Below the pieces are notes generated by a model. That model did not search any database. It was not told the origin of the DNA and worked only from the letters and a program-made list of their open reading frames with translations. Below are positions 39,843-50,118 of a DNA stretch of 64,000 nt, piece by piece. Each line of letters opens with the position of its first letter. Position 1 is the stretch's first letter. Source of the stretch: Phycisphaerae bacterium (GTDB lineage: Bacteria > Planctomycetota > Phycisphaerae > UBA1845 > Fen-1342); assembly GCA_963675745.2 (NCBI GenBank), contig CAXXWX010000026.1, forward strand, positions 544,001 to 608,000, in the 5' to 3' direction. The position numbers and the translations under genes are program-made.

Positions 39843-40415
39843 GTGAGCGATGAAAACACCAAAGGCACTCTCCGTCTAATCCACGGCTCGATGTTCTCGG
39901 GCAAGACCGAGCACATGATTGCGGAGCTGCGCCGCGAGCAGTCGCGGGGCCGCACAGTCAGAGCGTTCAAGCACTCAATCGATGATCGCTATGATGCGGA
40001 CCATCTCACCACGCACCGGCGCGATCGCTTCGAGGCTGTGCGCGTCGGCAGCGCCGAAGAAATCCCCGCCCTTTGCGCGGGCGCGCACCTGGTCGCGATT
40101 GAGGAGGGTCATTTCTTTGGACCAGCCCTGATTCCGGTTGTGCGCCAACTGCGCGAGCGCGGCATGACGGTGCTGGTGGCCGGAATAACCAACGATGCGT
40201 GGGGCCGGCCGTTTGATCCGATCCCGCAACTGCGCGAGATGGCGGACGAGGAAGTGCTCTTGCAGGCACCGTGCAGAGTCTGTGGCCGGCCCGCCCCGTA
40301 CACCCAGAGGATGGTCGCCGTGGACTCCGCCGTGATGGTCGGCGGCATCGACGAATACGAGCCGCGCTGCGCGGCCCATTTCACGCCGTTGTCGTCTCCC
40401 CCGGAGAAACGCTGA
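39843..40415 (+). CDS. tdk: Thymidine kinase
   Basis: GSMFSGKT, IEEGHFF, CRVC, VGGIDEYEPRCAAHF. Confidence 0.93.
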   Translation: MSDENTKGTLRLIHGSMFSGKTEHMIAELRREQSRGRTVRAFKHSIDDRYDADHLTTHRRDRFEAVRVGSAEEIPALCAGAHLVAIEEGHFFGPALIPVVRQLRERGMTVLVAGITNDAWGRPFDPIPQLREMADEEVLLQAPCRVCGRPAPYTQRMVAVDSAVMVGGIDEYEPRCAAHFTPLSSPPEKR

Positions 40416-40416
40416 G

Positions 40417-41703
40417 ATGCTGCTGGCGCGCGGACTTCTGGGCATCGTTGTCCTGGTGGGACTGGCCTGGCTGTTGTCCTCGGACCGGCGGCGATTTCCG
40501 TGGAAGCTGGTCATCGGCGGGCTGGCCCTGCAATGGGTGCTGGCGTGGGTCGTCCTGCGAACCGACACCGGCCGCGCCGTTTTTGACGGCATCGGCCGGC
40601 TGGTGACGGCGATTCTGTTCGGCGCGGATGAGGGAGCGAAGTTCGTTTTCGGCCCGCTCGCGGGCGACAACCCGGACGTCGCATGGATGGCCATCGTCGG
40701 CATCAAGATCATGACCACCATCATCATCGTCGCCACCATTTCATCGATCGGTTACCACTACGGCGTGCTGCAACGCGTCGTGTCGGGCATGGCCTGGGCG
40801 ATGAGGCGCACCATGGGCGTCAGCGGCGCGGAGAGTCTGGCCGGCGCCGCCAACGTGTTTTTCGGGCAAACCGAAGCCCCGCTGCTCGTGCGTCCCTACA
40901 TTTCAAAGATGACCCAGTCTGAGCTGATGGCCCTGATGACCGGCGGATTCGCAACGGTGGCCGCCGGCGTGATGGCCGTTTACGTCAGCATCCTCTCGGG
41001 CGACGATGCGGAGCGCGCGGTGACGATCGCGCGACACCTGCTCACCGCCTGCCTGATGTCCGCGCCGGCCGCGTTTGTCATGGCCAAGGTGATGATCCCC
41101 GAACGCGACGCGGCCCACATCGCCGAGGTCGCCAAGATCTCGATGACGCGCGAAACCAAGAGCCTGGTGGATGCGATCACACGCGGCGCCTCGCAGGGCA
41201 TGACGCTGGCGATCAACGTGCTGGCGATGCTGATCGCGTTCATCGCGCTGATCGCGATCGTCGATAGGGGCCTGATCGCGCTCGGAGAACTGGCGTTCAT
41301 GGCCCCGCTGGTGGAGCGGATCGGCCTGGAGCAACTCGACCTGACCGGCATACTCGGCCTGATTTTCTCCCCAATCGCCTGGCTGATCGGCGTGGACGGC
41401 GCCGACTGCCGCCCTTTCGGCAGCCTGCTCGGCAAGGCAATGGTGACCAACGAGCTGATCGCCTACGGCTCGCTCAGCGACATCATACAGTCCGAGGCGA
41501 TGTCAAAACGCTCGATCCTGCTCGCGACGTACTGCCTCTGCGGGTTCGCGAACATCAGCTCGATCGGCATCCAGATCGGCGGCATCGGCGGCCTGGCCCC
41601 GGACCGTCGCGACGACCTCGTGCGCCTGGGGCCACGCGCCATGCTCGGCGGCGCCATGGCCTGCTGGACCACCGGCTGTATCGCCGGCGTGCTGGCACAG
41701 TAG
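40417..41703 (+). CDS. nupC: CNT-family (NupC-type) nucleoside transporter
   Basis: SGAESL, FFGQTEAPL, GGFATVAAGV, NELIAY, CGFANISSIGIQIGG. Confidence 0.93.
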   Translation: MLLARGLLGIVVLVGLAWLLSSDRRRFPWKLVIGGLALQWVLAWVVLRTDTGRAVFDGIGRLVTAILFGADEGAKFVFGPLAGDNPDVAWMAIVGIKIMTTIIIVATISSIGYHYGVLQRVVSGMAWAMRRTMGVSGAESLAGAANVFFGQTEAPLLVRPYISKMTQSELMALMTGGFATVAAGVMAVYVSILSGDDAERAVTIARHLLTACLMSAPAAFVMAKVMIPERDAAHIAEVAKISMTRETKSLVDAITRGASQGMTLAINVLAMLIAFIALIAIVDRGLIALGELAFMAPLVERIGLEQLDLTGILGLIFSPIAWLIGVDGADCRPFGSLLGKAMVTNELIAYGSLSDIIQSEAMSKRSILLATYCLCGFANISSIGIQIGGIGGLAPDRRDDLVRLGPRAMLGGAMACWTTGCIAGVLAQ

Positions 41704-41778
41704 CGCGCCAGCGTGCCCCGAGGATCACACGCATGCGGCGCACTCGTGAGCCGAGGCCCGCTTGGCTGAATGGATGAC

Positions 41779-42336
41779 TCAGCGGCGGTTGGGTAAGTCC
41801 CCTGTTTTCAACTCGAACAGCAAGCCCACTCCACCCGCGAACGAAACACCCGGAGCATGGATGTCACGGGCAATTTCGACAAAGCCGAAGTGCTTGTGGA
41901 GCGCGATGGTCACTGTGTTTTGGGCGCTTGCCACGTAGTAGACGACGCTGGTTCGTCGTGTGAGCCACTCAATTCTCGACCTGGTCAGTTCGTGGGCTAC
42001 GCCTCGGCGGCGGAACGCCGGACGCACAATCACGCCGGCGAGATACCAACCCTCTGGGATGCAGTTGGTCGGAGCGTCTGCTGATTGTCGCAGATAGGCG
42101 GTTTTTCCGAATCCCACGATTTCGCCTTTGAAGTCGGCGACCAGGATGTGTCCCGCTCCCTGAAGGAAGCTCCGCAGGCTGTCGTGATGTCGCGCTGTTT
42201 CACCCCCCTCCCGCTCCTGTGTAATCCGTGCCAGCTCCGCCACATCCGCTTCCCGCGCGGTCCGGACAATCATACCGAGCGCTTTGAGCGGGAGGTCATG
42301 CGACCTCGGATTGGAGTATTCGGCGAATTCGCTCAT
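41779..42336 (-). CDS. GNAT-family N-acetyltransferase
   Basis: VIVRPAFRRRGVA acetyl-CoA motif; NTVTIALHKHFGF. Confidence 0.85.
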   Translation of the reverse strand: MSEFAEYSNPRSHDLPLKALGMIVRTAREADVAELARITQEREGGETARHHDSLRSFLQGAGHILVADFKGEIVGFGKTAYLRQSADAPTNCIPEGWYLAGVIVRPAFRRRGVAHELTRSRIEWLTRRTSVVYYVASAQNTVTIALHKHFGFVEIARDIHAPGVSFAGGVGLLFELKTGDLPNRR

Positions 42337-42485
42337 TTTCAGGCCACCGCGGGGCCGCCGGGAGCGATACGAAAGCTCGCGCGAACGACCCTATCCCTAC
42401 GCAAGACGGCGGACGACGTACTCCGCAATCATCTGCGTCCATTTAGCATCGATGTCAGCCGGGCACAACCTTGCCAGCGCCGGCC

Positions 42486-45400
42486 TCAATTGTCGGCATG
42501 GTTCGCCGCGGAGCGCGCCGTTGTTTGCCCGAGCCAGCCGTACACCGCGGGGATCACGAAAAGCGTCAGCAGAGTGGAGGTCGTCAGGCCGAAGATCACC
42601 ACGATCGCCAGCGGTCGCTGCACCTCCGAGCCGATCCCGCGGGCCAGAAGTAGCGGCGTGAGACCGAGAATCGTGGTGATGGCGGTCATCAGCACCGGGC
42701 GCAGACGCAGCAACCCGCCGTCGACAAGCGCGTCGTGCAGCGACTTGCCCCGGGCCCGCAGCTCGTTGATGTAGCTCACGAGCACGACGCCGTTCTGCAC
42801 GGCGATACCGAAGAGAGCGATGAAGCCGACCGAGGCGGGCACCGACAGGTATTCGCCGGTGACGAAGAGCCCGAAGATGCCGCCGATCAACGCCAGCGGC
42901 ACGTTGATGATGATGATGAGGGCGTGACGCGTGGAGCCGAAGGACATCCAGAGCATTATGAAGACGGCGGCGATGACGATCGGCACGATAATCGACAGCC
43001 GCGCCATGGCACGTTGCTGGTTTTCAAACTGGCCGCCGTACTCGACGTAGTACCCGGGCGGGAGATCGACGTTGTCCTGGATGCGTTGCCGGATATCGGC
43101 GATGACGCCCCCCATGTCGCGGCCACGCACGTTGCCCTGGACGATCCACCGCCGTTGGTTCTTCTCACGGTTGACCTGGATCGGCCCGACGACTTCGCGC
43201 ACCTCGGCGACCTGCAAAAGTGGGATCAGCGCGCCGTCGTCGGTCTGCACGAGCGTGTTGCGGATGGAATCCGGATCGACACGACGGTCTTCCTTGAACC
43301 GCACGTGGATGCCGAAGCGGCGGGTATTCTGGTATAGCGTGTCGATGACTTCACCGCCGATGGCGAGCTCGATCAGCTCGTGGATCTGGCTGATGGCGAT
43401 TCCGTAGCGCGAGCAGGCGGCGCGGTCGGGGATGACCTGGACCTGTGGCTGCCCGAAGCTCTGCTCGACCGAGAGGTCGACGAGCCCCGGCACACCTTCG
43501 ATGGCCGCGCTGATCTCACTTGACTTGTCACGCAGGATATTCAGATCTTCGCCATACAACTTGATGGCGAGTTGGGCCTTGATGCCGGACAGCAGTTCGT
43601 CGAAGGCGTTTTGAATGGGCTGCGTGAAGTTCAATTGAACGCCGGGCCAGGAAGAAAGCTGTTCACTAAGCGCCGCGACAAGTTTCGGCTTGCTTCCGAA
43701 GCGCGACCACTCCTCGAGCGGACGAAGCTCGATGTGGACTTCGGCGTAGTTGACCGGGTGAGGATGGCTGCCCGCTTCGGGGCGACCGATGCGCGAGACG
43801 ACCTCCTCGACTTCGGGGTACTTCATGATCTCGCGCTCCAGCTTCGTCACCGTGTCGGTCGCGGTCTCGAGCGAGATGGAAGGCGCCATGACGACGCCGA
43901 TCAAGATGGAGCCCTCTTCCAGTGTGGGAATGAACTCGGTTCCGAGAAGCGGCAGCACAGCCATGCTCGCCACGAAACCGGCAAACGCAAGCGTAACGAC
44001 GATACCTTTCCGGCGAATGGCTCGTTCCAGCAACGGGCGATAGACGCCCTTGAGCTTCGTGACGAGGAATAGCTCTTTGTGTTCGCCCTGCTTGAGCAGG
44101 AATGTGGAGAGCACCGGGGCCACGACTAGTGCCGTTGCGATCGAACCCAGCAGCGCGAAGGCGATCGTGAAGGCCATCGGCGTGAACATCTTGCCTTCCA
44201 CGCCTTCGAGGGTAAATAGTGGCAGAAATACGGCGACGATGATGGCGATGGAGAACACGATCGGGCGGCTCACTTCCCGCGCAGCGCGGAGAATGACGTC
44301 GGTCTTGTTTTTGGCCGTGTTCGCGGGGTCGTTCAGGTGACGGTAGATGTTCTCCACCATGACGATCGCCCCATCACCCAACATGCCGATCGCGATGGCG
44401 ATGCCGCCCAGTGACATCAGGTTGGCGGAGATGCCGTTGATCCCCATGCAGACAACCGCCACCAGCGCGCAGATCGGCAGGCTGAGCACGACGATGAACG
44501 CCGTCCGGACGTTTCCCAGAAAGACAACGAGCGTCAGGAGAACCAGCGCCGCACCCTGTAGCAGCGCCTTTTTGACGGTCCACGTGGCCTGCTCCACGAG
44601 TTCCGCCTGCTCGTAGTACGGGATGAGCGATACGCCGGCCGGCAGCGAGGCGCGGACGCTGTCCACCTTCTTGTAGAGGCGTTCGATGACCTCCGACGTG
44701 TTCTCGCCGAACAGCTTCAGGACGATGCCGGAGACGACCTCGGCTTGGCCGTTGTGGCTGACGACACCGCGGCGGATCTCGTTTCCGTAGGCGACTTCGG
44801 CCACATCGGACAACCGGATGGCAACGCCGTTTTCCACCTTGATCGGAATGCCGCGAATGTCCTCCAGGTCTTCGAGCAGGCCCAGCCCGCGCACGAGGGA
44901 TTCCTCCGAACCGATGACCAGGAATTGCCCGCCGACATTGGCATTGTTCGACCGCACGGCTTCCACCAGGTCGTCAAGTGACAGGCGGTAACGCAACAAG
45001 GCATCGGGGTCCACGCGGATCTGATACTGTAGCACGTGACCGCCGATTGAGAGAATGTCCGTCACACCCGGCGTCGTCTTCAACTGGAACTTGACAACCC
45101 AATCGTTGAGTTCGCGGAGGTAGGTGTTGGCGTCCTTGCCCGCCGTATCGACGGTGTCGTCGAGGGTCAGGTAGTAGATGAAGATCTGGCCGAGACCGGT
45201 GGAAATCGGTCCCAGCGCAGGCGGTTCGTCCATCTCGGGAAGTTCAGACATTGCGCTGGCGAGTCGTTCGGCGACGAGCTGCCGCGCGAAGTACATGTCG
45301 ACGCTGTCCCGGAAATAGACGTACACCACCGCCATCCCGAACGCCGACGTGGACTTGATCTGCGTAACGCCCGGCAGACCATTCATGGCGGACTCAATCG

Positions 45401-45602
45401 GATAGGTGATGAGCCGCTCGATCTCCTCCGGGGCCATGCCGTGGCCTTCGGCAAAGATGGGGACCATGATGGGTGAGATGTCAGGGAAGGCGTCAACGGG
45501 CATCCGCGTGTATTCGTAGGTCCCGTAGGCAATCACGGCGATGACCGCGATAATCACCAGCCCCCTGGCTTTGAGGGATGCTTCAACAAGTCCACTGATC
45601 AT
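42486..45602 (-). CDS. czcA: CusA/CzcA-family heavy-metal efflux RND permease
   Basis: VDAFPDI, NLMSLGG, GFIALFGIAVQNG, RLRPVLMT, GSEVQRPLA. Confidence 0.93.
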   Translation of the reverse strand: MISGLVEASLKARGLVIIAVIAVIAYGTYEYTRMPVDAFPDISPIMVPIFAEGHGMAPEEIERLITYPIESAMNGLPGVTQIKSTSAFGMAVVYVYFRDSVDMYFARQLVAERLASAMSELPEMDEPPALGPISTGLGQIFIYYLTLDDTVDTAGKDANTYLRELNDWVVKFQLKTTPGVTDILSIGGHVLQYQIRVDPDALLRYRLSLDDLVEAVRSNNANVGGQFLVIGSEESLVRGLGLLEDLEDIRGIPIKVENGVAIRLSDVAEVAYGNEIRRGVVSHNGQAEVVSGIVLKLFGENTSEVIERLYKKVDSVRASLPAGVSLIPYYEQAELVEQATWTVKKALLQGAALVLLTLVVFLGNVRTAFIVVLSLPICALVAVVCMGINGISANLMSLGGIAIAIGMLGDGAIVMVENIYRHLNDPANTAKNKTDVILRAAREVSRPIVFSIAIIVAVFLPLFTLEGVEGKMFTPMAFTIAFALLGSIATALVVAPVLSTFLLKQGEHKELFLVTKLKGVYRPLLERAIRRKGIVVTLAFAGFVASMAVLPLLGTEFIPTLEEGSILIGVVMAPSISLETATDTVTKLEREIMKYPEVEEVVSRIGRPEAGSHPHPVNYAEVHIELRPLEEWSRFGSKPKLVAALSEQLSSWPGVQLNFTQPIQNAFDELLSGIKAQLAIKLYGEDLNILRDKSSEISAAIEGVPGLVDLSVEQSFGQPQVQVIPDRAACSRYGIAISQIHELIELAIGGEVIDTLYQNTRRFGIHVRFKEDRRVDPDSIRNTLVQTDDGALIPLLQVAEVREVVGPIQVNREKNQRRWIVQGNVRGRDMGGVIADIRQRIQDNVDLPPGYYVEYGGQFENQQRAMARLSIIVPIVIAAVFIMLWMSFGSTRHALIIIINVPLALIGGIFGLFVTGEYLSVPASVGFIALFGIAVQNGVVLVSYINELRARGKSLHDALVDGGLLRLRPVLMTAITTILGLTPLLLARGIGSEVQRPLAIVVIFGLTTSTLLTLFVIPAVYGWLGQTTARSAANHADN

Positions 45603-45660
45603 CTAACCATCCTCGCGCGCGGCCGGCGGTCGCGCATGGGCTGTGGGCGGGTGCCGCCGA

Positions 45661-47472
45661 CTAGTGTCCGTGTCCGGCGTGGGCATCCAGACCACTGGTG
45701 ACGATTTTCGCCTTCAGCTCAAACGCGCCGCGCGTGACAAAACGCTGGCCGGGTGAAAGACCGGCGAGAACTTCGACGTGGCTGGTGTTGGCGCGTCCGA
45801 GCCTGACCGGGACGGGCTTGAGGCCCTCGCTCGTGTCGAGGAAGACAACCTGTTCCTCGTCCATTCTCTGAATCGCGGATTTGGGCACCACAACCGCGGC
45901 GCTGTCTTCTCCGAACGCGAGTTCCGCGTTGACGAATAGTCCGGGGCGCCAGTCTCCGCTCGGGTTGGGAAGCACGACGCGCGCCAGTGCCGTGCGCGTC
46001 ATTTCGTCCACCACGGGCGAAACGTACGCGATCACGCCCTCTGTACCGGGCAGGCCGGCGCCGGCGAAAATCGCAACGCTCAGACCTTCCTTCACGTAGG
46101 CCAAATCCTTTTGGTATACGGCGATGTTCACCCACACCGAGCTCAGGTCAGCCACCGTGAACGCGTCGGAGTCGTCGCCGTGTTTTTCGCCCAGCGTCAA
46201 GTGCTTCTCGATCACGCGGCCATCGAACGGGGCGCGCAGCGGATACCAGGCAAGCTTCTGTTCATCCGCAGGACTGACGGAGTCGACGCCCGTGCCGGCC
46301 TCGTTTGCGGCCGGCGGGCAGTTCTTGCAGTTCGGGTCAGTGCATTGGTGGTGCGCGGGCGCAGGCGCCGGCGAGAGCTGGACGCGCGCGCGCAGGTCCG
46401 CCGTCTCAGCGGCGCTGAGCCCCAGGACGGAGAGGCGTTGTTCGGCACCCTGCAGCTCGATCTTGCGGACCTGCTGGGTCCGCTCGGCTTCTAGAAGATC
46501 GCGCTGAACCTTGAAGGCGATGCTGTCGCGTGTTGCGGAGTAGAGTGCGTCGGCCTTCCTGTATTCCGCTTCGGCGGCCTGAAAGTCACGCTCGCTCGCC
46601 AGTTCCTTCGCCAGCAGTTGCTTTTCACGCTTGTACGCCGCCTCGGCATAGACGAGAGCGGCGTAGGCCGAAACGAGATCGCTGCGATTCTCACCCGTGG
46701 CGCCGCTGCTCATGTCACGGAGCATCTCCAGCGACGGAGACGAGTCGAGGGTTTCCAGGAACTCAAGCGTGTTGCGGTGCACTTCCCGGGCGCGCGATAA
46801 ATCCAGAACACAGCAGCCGAACTCGGCCCACTTGGCAAGGTAATCGACCTTCGCGGCGCCCAACTCGGCGCTTTCGAGCCAGGCCATCACCTCTCCGGCG
46901 CGCACGGTGTCACCCACACTCTTGAAAACTTCGCGAACGATGCCCGGCGCGCGCGGAACGATGTGCGCTACCCGATCGGCATTGAGCGCGACTTCGCCGG
47001 GCAGGCTGATCCGCGTCACCAGCTTTCCCGGACCGGCCTCCGCGAGCTCGACGCCGAACCGCGCCATCTCCTCCGCGCTGAGCTGGACGAAGGACTCATC
47101 ACCATGGTCGTCATGACCGGCGTGGCTGTCAGGGTCTTCAGCGTGCTCATCGTGTATGTCATCGCCGTGGTCGTGAACATCTGCGGGTCCATGGTCGTCG
47201 TCACCATGGTCATGACCTGCCATCTGATGATCGTCGCTGTCGCCGTCAACATCCTGATGAGCATGGTCGTCGTGATCATCAATGTCTTCGTTCCGGCGCT
47301 CAGCGGATCCGTGCAGGTCCTGCACGTCGTTGTCATCGTGGTCATGCGCCAGGGTGCCGCCGATCCGGCTCTGGAGCAGGCCGCGCGACTGGGCCAGTTG
47401 CAGCCCGCCGGCGCCGGCCAATGCGCCAAACGCCGCGGCGAACGCTACTATGCTTATCCTCATGTAGTTCAT
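45661..47472 (-). CDS. czcB: Efflux RND periplasmic adaptor (CzcB-like) with His/Asp-rich N-terminus and Cys-containing insertion
   Basis: LRAPFDGRV, ADLSSVWV, WRPGLFV, VPKSAIQ; C-terminus HAGHGH. Confidence 0.9.
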   Translation of the reverse strand: MNYMRISIVAFAAAFGALAGAGGLQLAQSRGLLQSRIGGTLAHDHDDNDVQDLHGSAERRNEDIDDHDDHAHQDVDGDSDDHQMAGHDHGDDDHGPADVHDHGDDIHDEHAEDPDSHAGHDDHGDESFVQLSAEEMARFGVELAEAGPGKLVTRISLPGEVALNADRVAHIVPRAPGIVREVFKSVGDTVRAGEVMAWLESAELGAAKVDYLAKWAEFGCCVLDLSRAREVHRNTLEFLETLDSSPSLEMLRDMSSGATGENRSDLVSAYAALVYAEAAYKREKQLLAKELASERDFQAAEAEYRKADALYSATRDSIAFKVQRDLLEAERTQQVRKIELQGAEQRLSVLGLSAAETADLRARVQLSPAPAPAHHQCTDPNCKNCPPAANEAGTGVDSVSPADEQKLAWYPLRAPFDGRVIEKHLTLGEKHGDDSDAFTVADLSSVWVNIAVYQKDLAYVKEGLSVAIFAGAGLPGTEGVIAYVSPVVDEMTRTALARVVLPNPSGDWRPGLFVNAELAFGEDSAAVVVPKSAIQRMDEEQVVFLDTSEGLKPVPVRLGRANTSHVEVLAGLSPGQRFVTRGAFELKAKIVTSGLDAHAGHGH

Positions 47473-47507
47473 CTCATCATCTCCAGGCTGTGCCTAGGCC
47501 GCACAGT

Positions 47508-47672
47508 TCACAGAAGCCAGGCCGCGAGCGCCGATCGTGCGAAATCGGCGGTGAATTCCTGTAACGTCTCGACGCCGATGGGCGCGCAGCCCGCAAGTAG
47601 AAGCGTCAGCGGCAAGCTCAGTGCAACCAGAACTCCGTGGCGTCTCACTCCACGGGCGATATGCTCTCTCAC
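47508..47672 (-). CDS. Small lipoprotein-like peptide inside the efflux operon
   Basis: GTG start overlaps the TolC stop (GTGA) with GGAG RBS; lipobox LAGC; amphipathic tail ETLQEFTADFARSALAAWLL. Confidence 0.6.
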   Translation of the reverse strand: MREHIARGVRRHGVLVALSLPLTLLLAGCAPIGVETLQEFTADFARSALAAWLL

Positions 47673-49252
47673 GGCTTCACTCCATCTCTGGGCTGAATGC
47701 ATTCAGTGCCGGCATTGGCGGGTCCACTCGTTGGCCCAGCCGGCTGTCGCGCGGGGCGCGCATCGGCCGGTTTGGAATCTCGGTACAACTCCCCCAACGG
47801 TAGCCCGACCGCGCGTTCCAACTCGGGCAACACGGTCGCGGCGGCTTGCAGCGCCTTGGCATGGCTGTCGCGCGCCGCCAGGTAGGTCCGTTCGGCGTCC
47901 AACACCGAGAGGATCGACGCCTTGCCCGCGTGGTACGACTCGCGCGACATTTCCAGACTCTGTTGCGCCTGTGGAACCACCTCATCGCGGTAAAAACGCG
48001 CGATCCTCCACGCGGTCAGCGCCTGGTCCGCCGCCCCGCGCACCTCCTGGCGGATCGAGCGTTCCAAGCCGGCAAGCAGCCGCTGGGCTTGCTCATACTC
48101 GAACCGCGCGCGGGCGATTTGCGCCTGGTTCTGGTCAAAGATCGGCAACTCCAGGGACAGGCTCGGTCCAATCACGAAATCGGTGTTCACCCGCCGGGCC
48201 GAGCGCGGCTCGATCCCCGGCGCTGTAAGTCGGCCCGATGCGATGGACGCCCGCGCGGTGTCGGCGAGCAAGTCTCGGTCTTCAGCCCGACCGCGTTCGC
48301 CGCGTTCCAGCGCTACTCCCAGTTCCAGCGTGGGGAAGACCCGCCGGTATTCGAGCTCCAGACGCTGCTCCGCCATCAACGTGGCGTGGCGAGTGGCGCG
48401 CAGGTCCAGACGTTCACGCAGGGCAATCTCCAACAGCCGATCCGTGTCCGGATCGAGCGCCGGAGCGACCGGCGTCGCGTCCAGGAGCACCAGCTCGTCG
48501 GCGTCCATGGACACTCCGAGCACCTCGGCCAACGAGCGGCGGGCATTCCCGGACGCGAGGCGCGCCCGTTGGGCGGCGAGGTCGGATTCGAGCACAATGC
48601 CGCGCGCGAGGTTGACGTCCAACTCGTTGCCCGCACCGGCCGTGCGGCGGAACTCGGTCAACTCGAGAATGGTGCGGGCGACTTCCTGGTTTTCGTGCGC
48701 GATGGTCAGGCGATGATCGGCGCCGAGCGCGGCGTAGTACGCGGCCTTGGCACGCGCTGCGGTTTCGGCGGCCAGTTGGGCGACGTCGAGTATGGCGCGA
48801 TCAACCGCGTGCTCAGCAGCACGCCGGCGAAACGGGAGTTGCCACAGCTCGGCTATGTTCTGCGCCAGATCCGCCTCGAAACTGGCCAACCCGCCGGCGG
48901 AAGGTAGACGCAACGCCAACCCGAGCGACGGATTCGACAGCAGGCCGGACTGAACGACATCGGCTCGGGCGACGCCGATGTCGTAAAACGCGGCCTGCAA
49001 ACGCGGATTGTTCAGCAACGCGACCGCCGCAGCCTCGTCGGCGGTAACGCCGTCGTCGAGCAATTCGGCCACTCGCGCCACGACTAGTTCTTCGTCGTCT
49101 GGTCGGAACGGCTGCGCGAACCCGGTGGCCCGCTCGATCGTCTCGGCGGCCCGCTGGTAATCGTGCCGTGGATCGACCATCGCGCAACCGCTGAGCAGCG
49201 CGGGCGGGATAAGCACCGTAACGAGAAGGACGCCGCGAGGAAATTGAATCAT
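47669..49252 (-). CDS. czcC: TolC/CzcC-family outer membrane efflux lipoprotein
   Basis: Lipobox LSGC; ALLNNPRLQA, LELPIFDQNQAQI, YHAGKASILSVLDAER; start reassigned to ATG 49252. Confidence 0.9.
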   Translation of the reverse strand: MIQFPRGVLLVTVLIPPALLSGCAMVDPRHDYQRAAETIERATGFAQPFRPDDEELVVARVAELLDDGVTADEAAAVALLNNPRLQAAFYDIGVARADVVQSGLLSNPSLGLALRLPSAGGLASFEADLAQNIAELWQLPFRRRAAEHAVDRAILDVAQLAAETAARAKAAYYAALGADHRLTIAHENQEVARTILELTEFRRTAGAGNELDVNLARGIVLESDLAAQRARLASGNARRSLAEVLGVSMDADELVLLDATPVAPALDPDTDRLLEIALRERLDLRATRHATLMAEQRLELEYRRVFPTLELGVALERGERGRAEDRDLLADTARASIASGRLTAPGIEPRSARRVNTDFVIGPSLSLELPIFDQNQAQIARARFEYEQAQRLLAGLERSIRQEVRGAADQALTAWRIARFYRDEVVPQAQQSLEMSRESYHAGKASILSVLDAERTYLAARDSHAKALQAAATVLPELERAVGLPLGELYRDSKPADARPARQPAGPTSGPANAGTECIQPRDGVKP

Positions 49253-49370
49253 GCTTATTGACCCGCTGGTAAACACCGACGCGATTGAAGCCGAACCAAC
49301 CGGGAATCTCGCGCAGGCTGAGAATGCCAGCGCACCCGGCCACAACGATCGTCTCAGATGTTCGATGGGA

Positions 49371-49709
49371 TCAAAGTAGAAGCGGCAGGTCGCTGGAGTG
49401 AGTAGTGCACGCCTGACCTGACTGCCGGTCCGCCGACCAGCGCCCGCGCGCAAGGTTGTCGCTCATCTCCTGCGCGGATGGCGCGATGCAGGGTGGCGCC
49501 GGCGCGATCAGAAAGTCAGGCCGGGCCGGCGCTGCGTTGTTGCGCAGCGCGACGACCTGCTGGCACGGGTCCGGCGTGCAGTCGCAGTCAGTGCTGCACG
49601 CCTCATCCGGGCAATCACAGTCATGAGCCAACAGGCCCCCGCCGCACAACGTCGGCAGAAGCACCAGCGTCCAAACGGTGGCCAAAATGACTGCGGTGCG
49701 AGCAAACAT
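49371..49709 (-). CDS. Small exported Cys-rich protein leading the metal efflux operon (CzcI-like position)
   Basis: Signal-like N-terminus; HDCDCPDEACSTDCDCTPDPC; C-terminal LPLLL. Confidence 0.65.
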   Translation of the reverse strand: MFARTAVILATVWTLVLLPTLCGGGLLAHDCDCPDEACSTDCDCTPDPCQQVVALRNNAAPARPDFLIAPAPPCIAPSAQEMSDNLARGRWSADRQSGQACTTHSSDLPLLL

Positions 49710-49719
49710 GTCATCAGTG

Positions 49720-49747
49720 ACTATATGCACCGCGTTGGTGATGTCAA
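49720..49747 (-). promoter_or_regulatory. sigma70 promoter of the efflux operon
   Basis: TTGACA(49747-49742)-N16-TATAGT(49725-49720). Confidence 0.6.
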
Positions 49748-50118
49748 TCTGGCGGACTGACGGCGGGACACGCGACGGAAATTATCAGAGCCCGGCGCCG
49801 CTCGCTCGCTGACGCCGGCGAAGCGAAGTGGCGATAACCAGGGTCGTGTACACGCAATTCGTCGAGCCCTGGCATGGCCCACAGGTCTCCCGCTTCGCGG
49901 TGATCCTCCGGCCTGACCGGCCGCAGAAAGTCGTTTGACGTTCCGGCTTGCGCTGAACGACCGGGCCATGCGGAACCGGCTTCCGCGCCGCGGTATTGCA
50001 CGGCACGCGTGTCCTCCCCTGCGATGGCTCCGCCGGCAATGTAGGACCCCGTCACCAAGATTAGAGAGAATGAGGCCGTACACACGACCAGGTACGTACG
50101 TGTACGAAGCCGCTTCAT
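49744..50118 (-). CDS. Possible small exported hypothetical protein
   Basis: Basic N-terminus plus hydrophobic stretch ending AIA; no recognisable domain. Confidence 0.35.
   Translation of the reverse strand: MKRLRTRTYLVVCTASFSLILVTGSYIAGGAIAGEDTRAVQYRGAEAGSAWPGRSAQAGTSNDFLRPVRPEDHREAGDLWAMPGLDELRVHDPGYRHFASPASASERRRALIISVACPAVSPPD

Noticed and set aside
41703..42486. GNAT gene as an integron cassette (ACCCAAC near its 3' end)
   Set aside because: No matching GTTRRRY arm, attC hairpin or integrase
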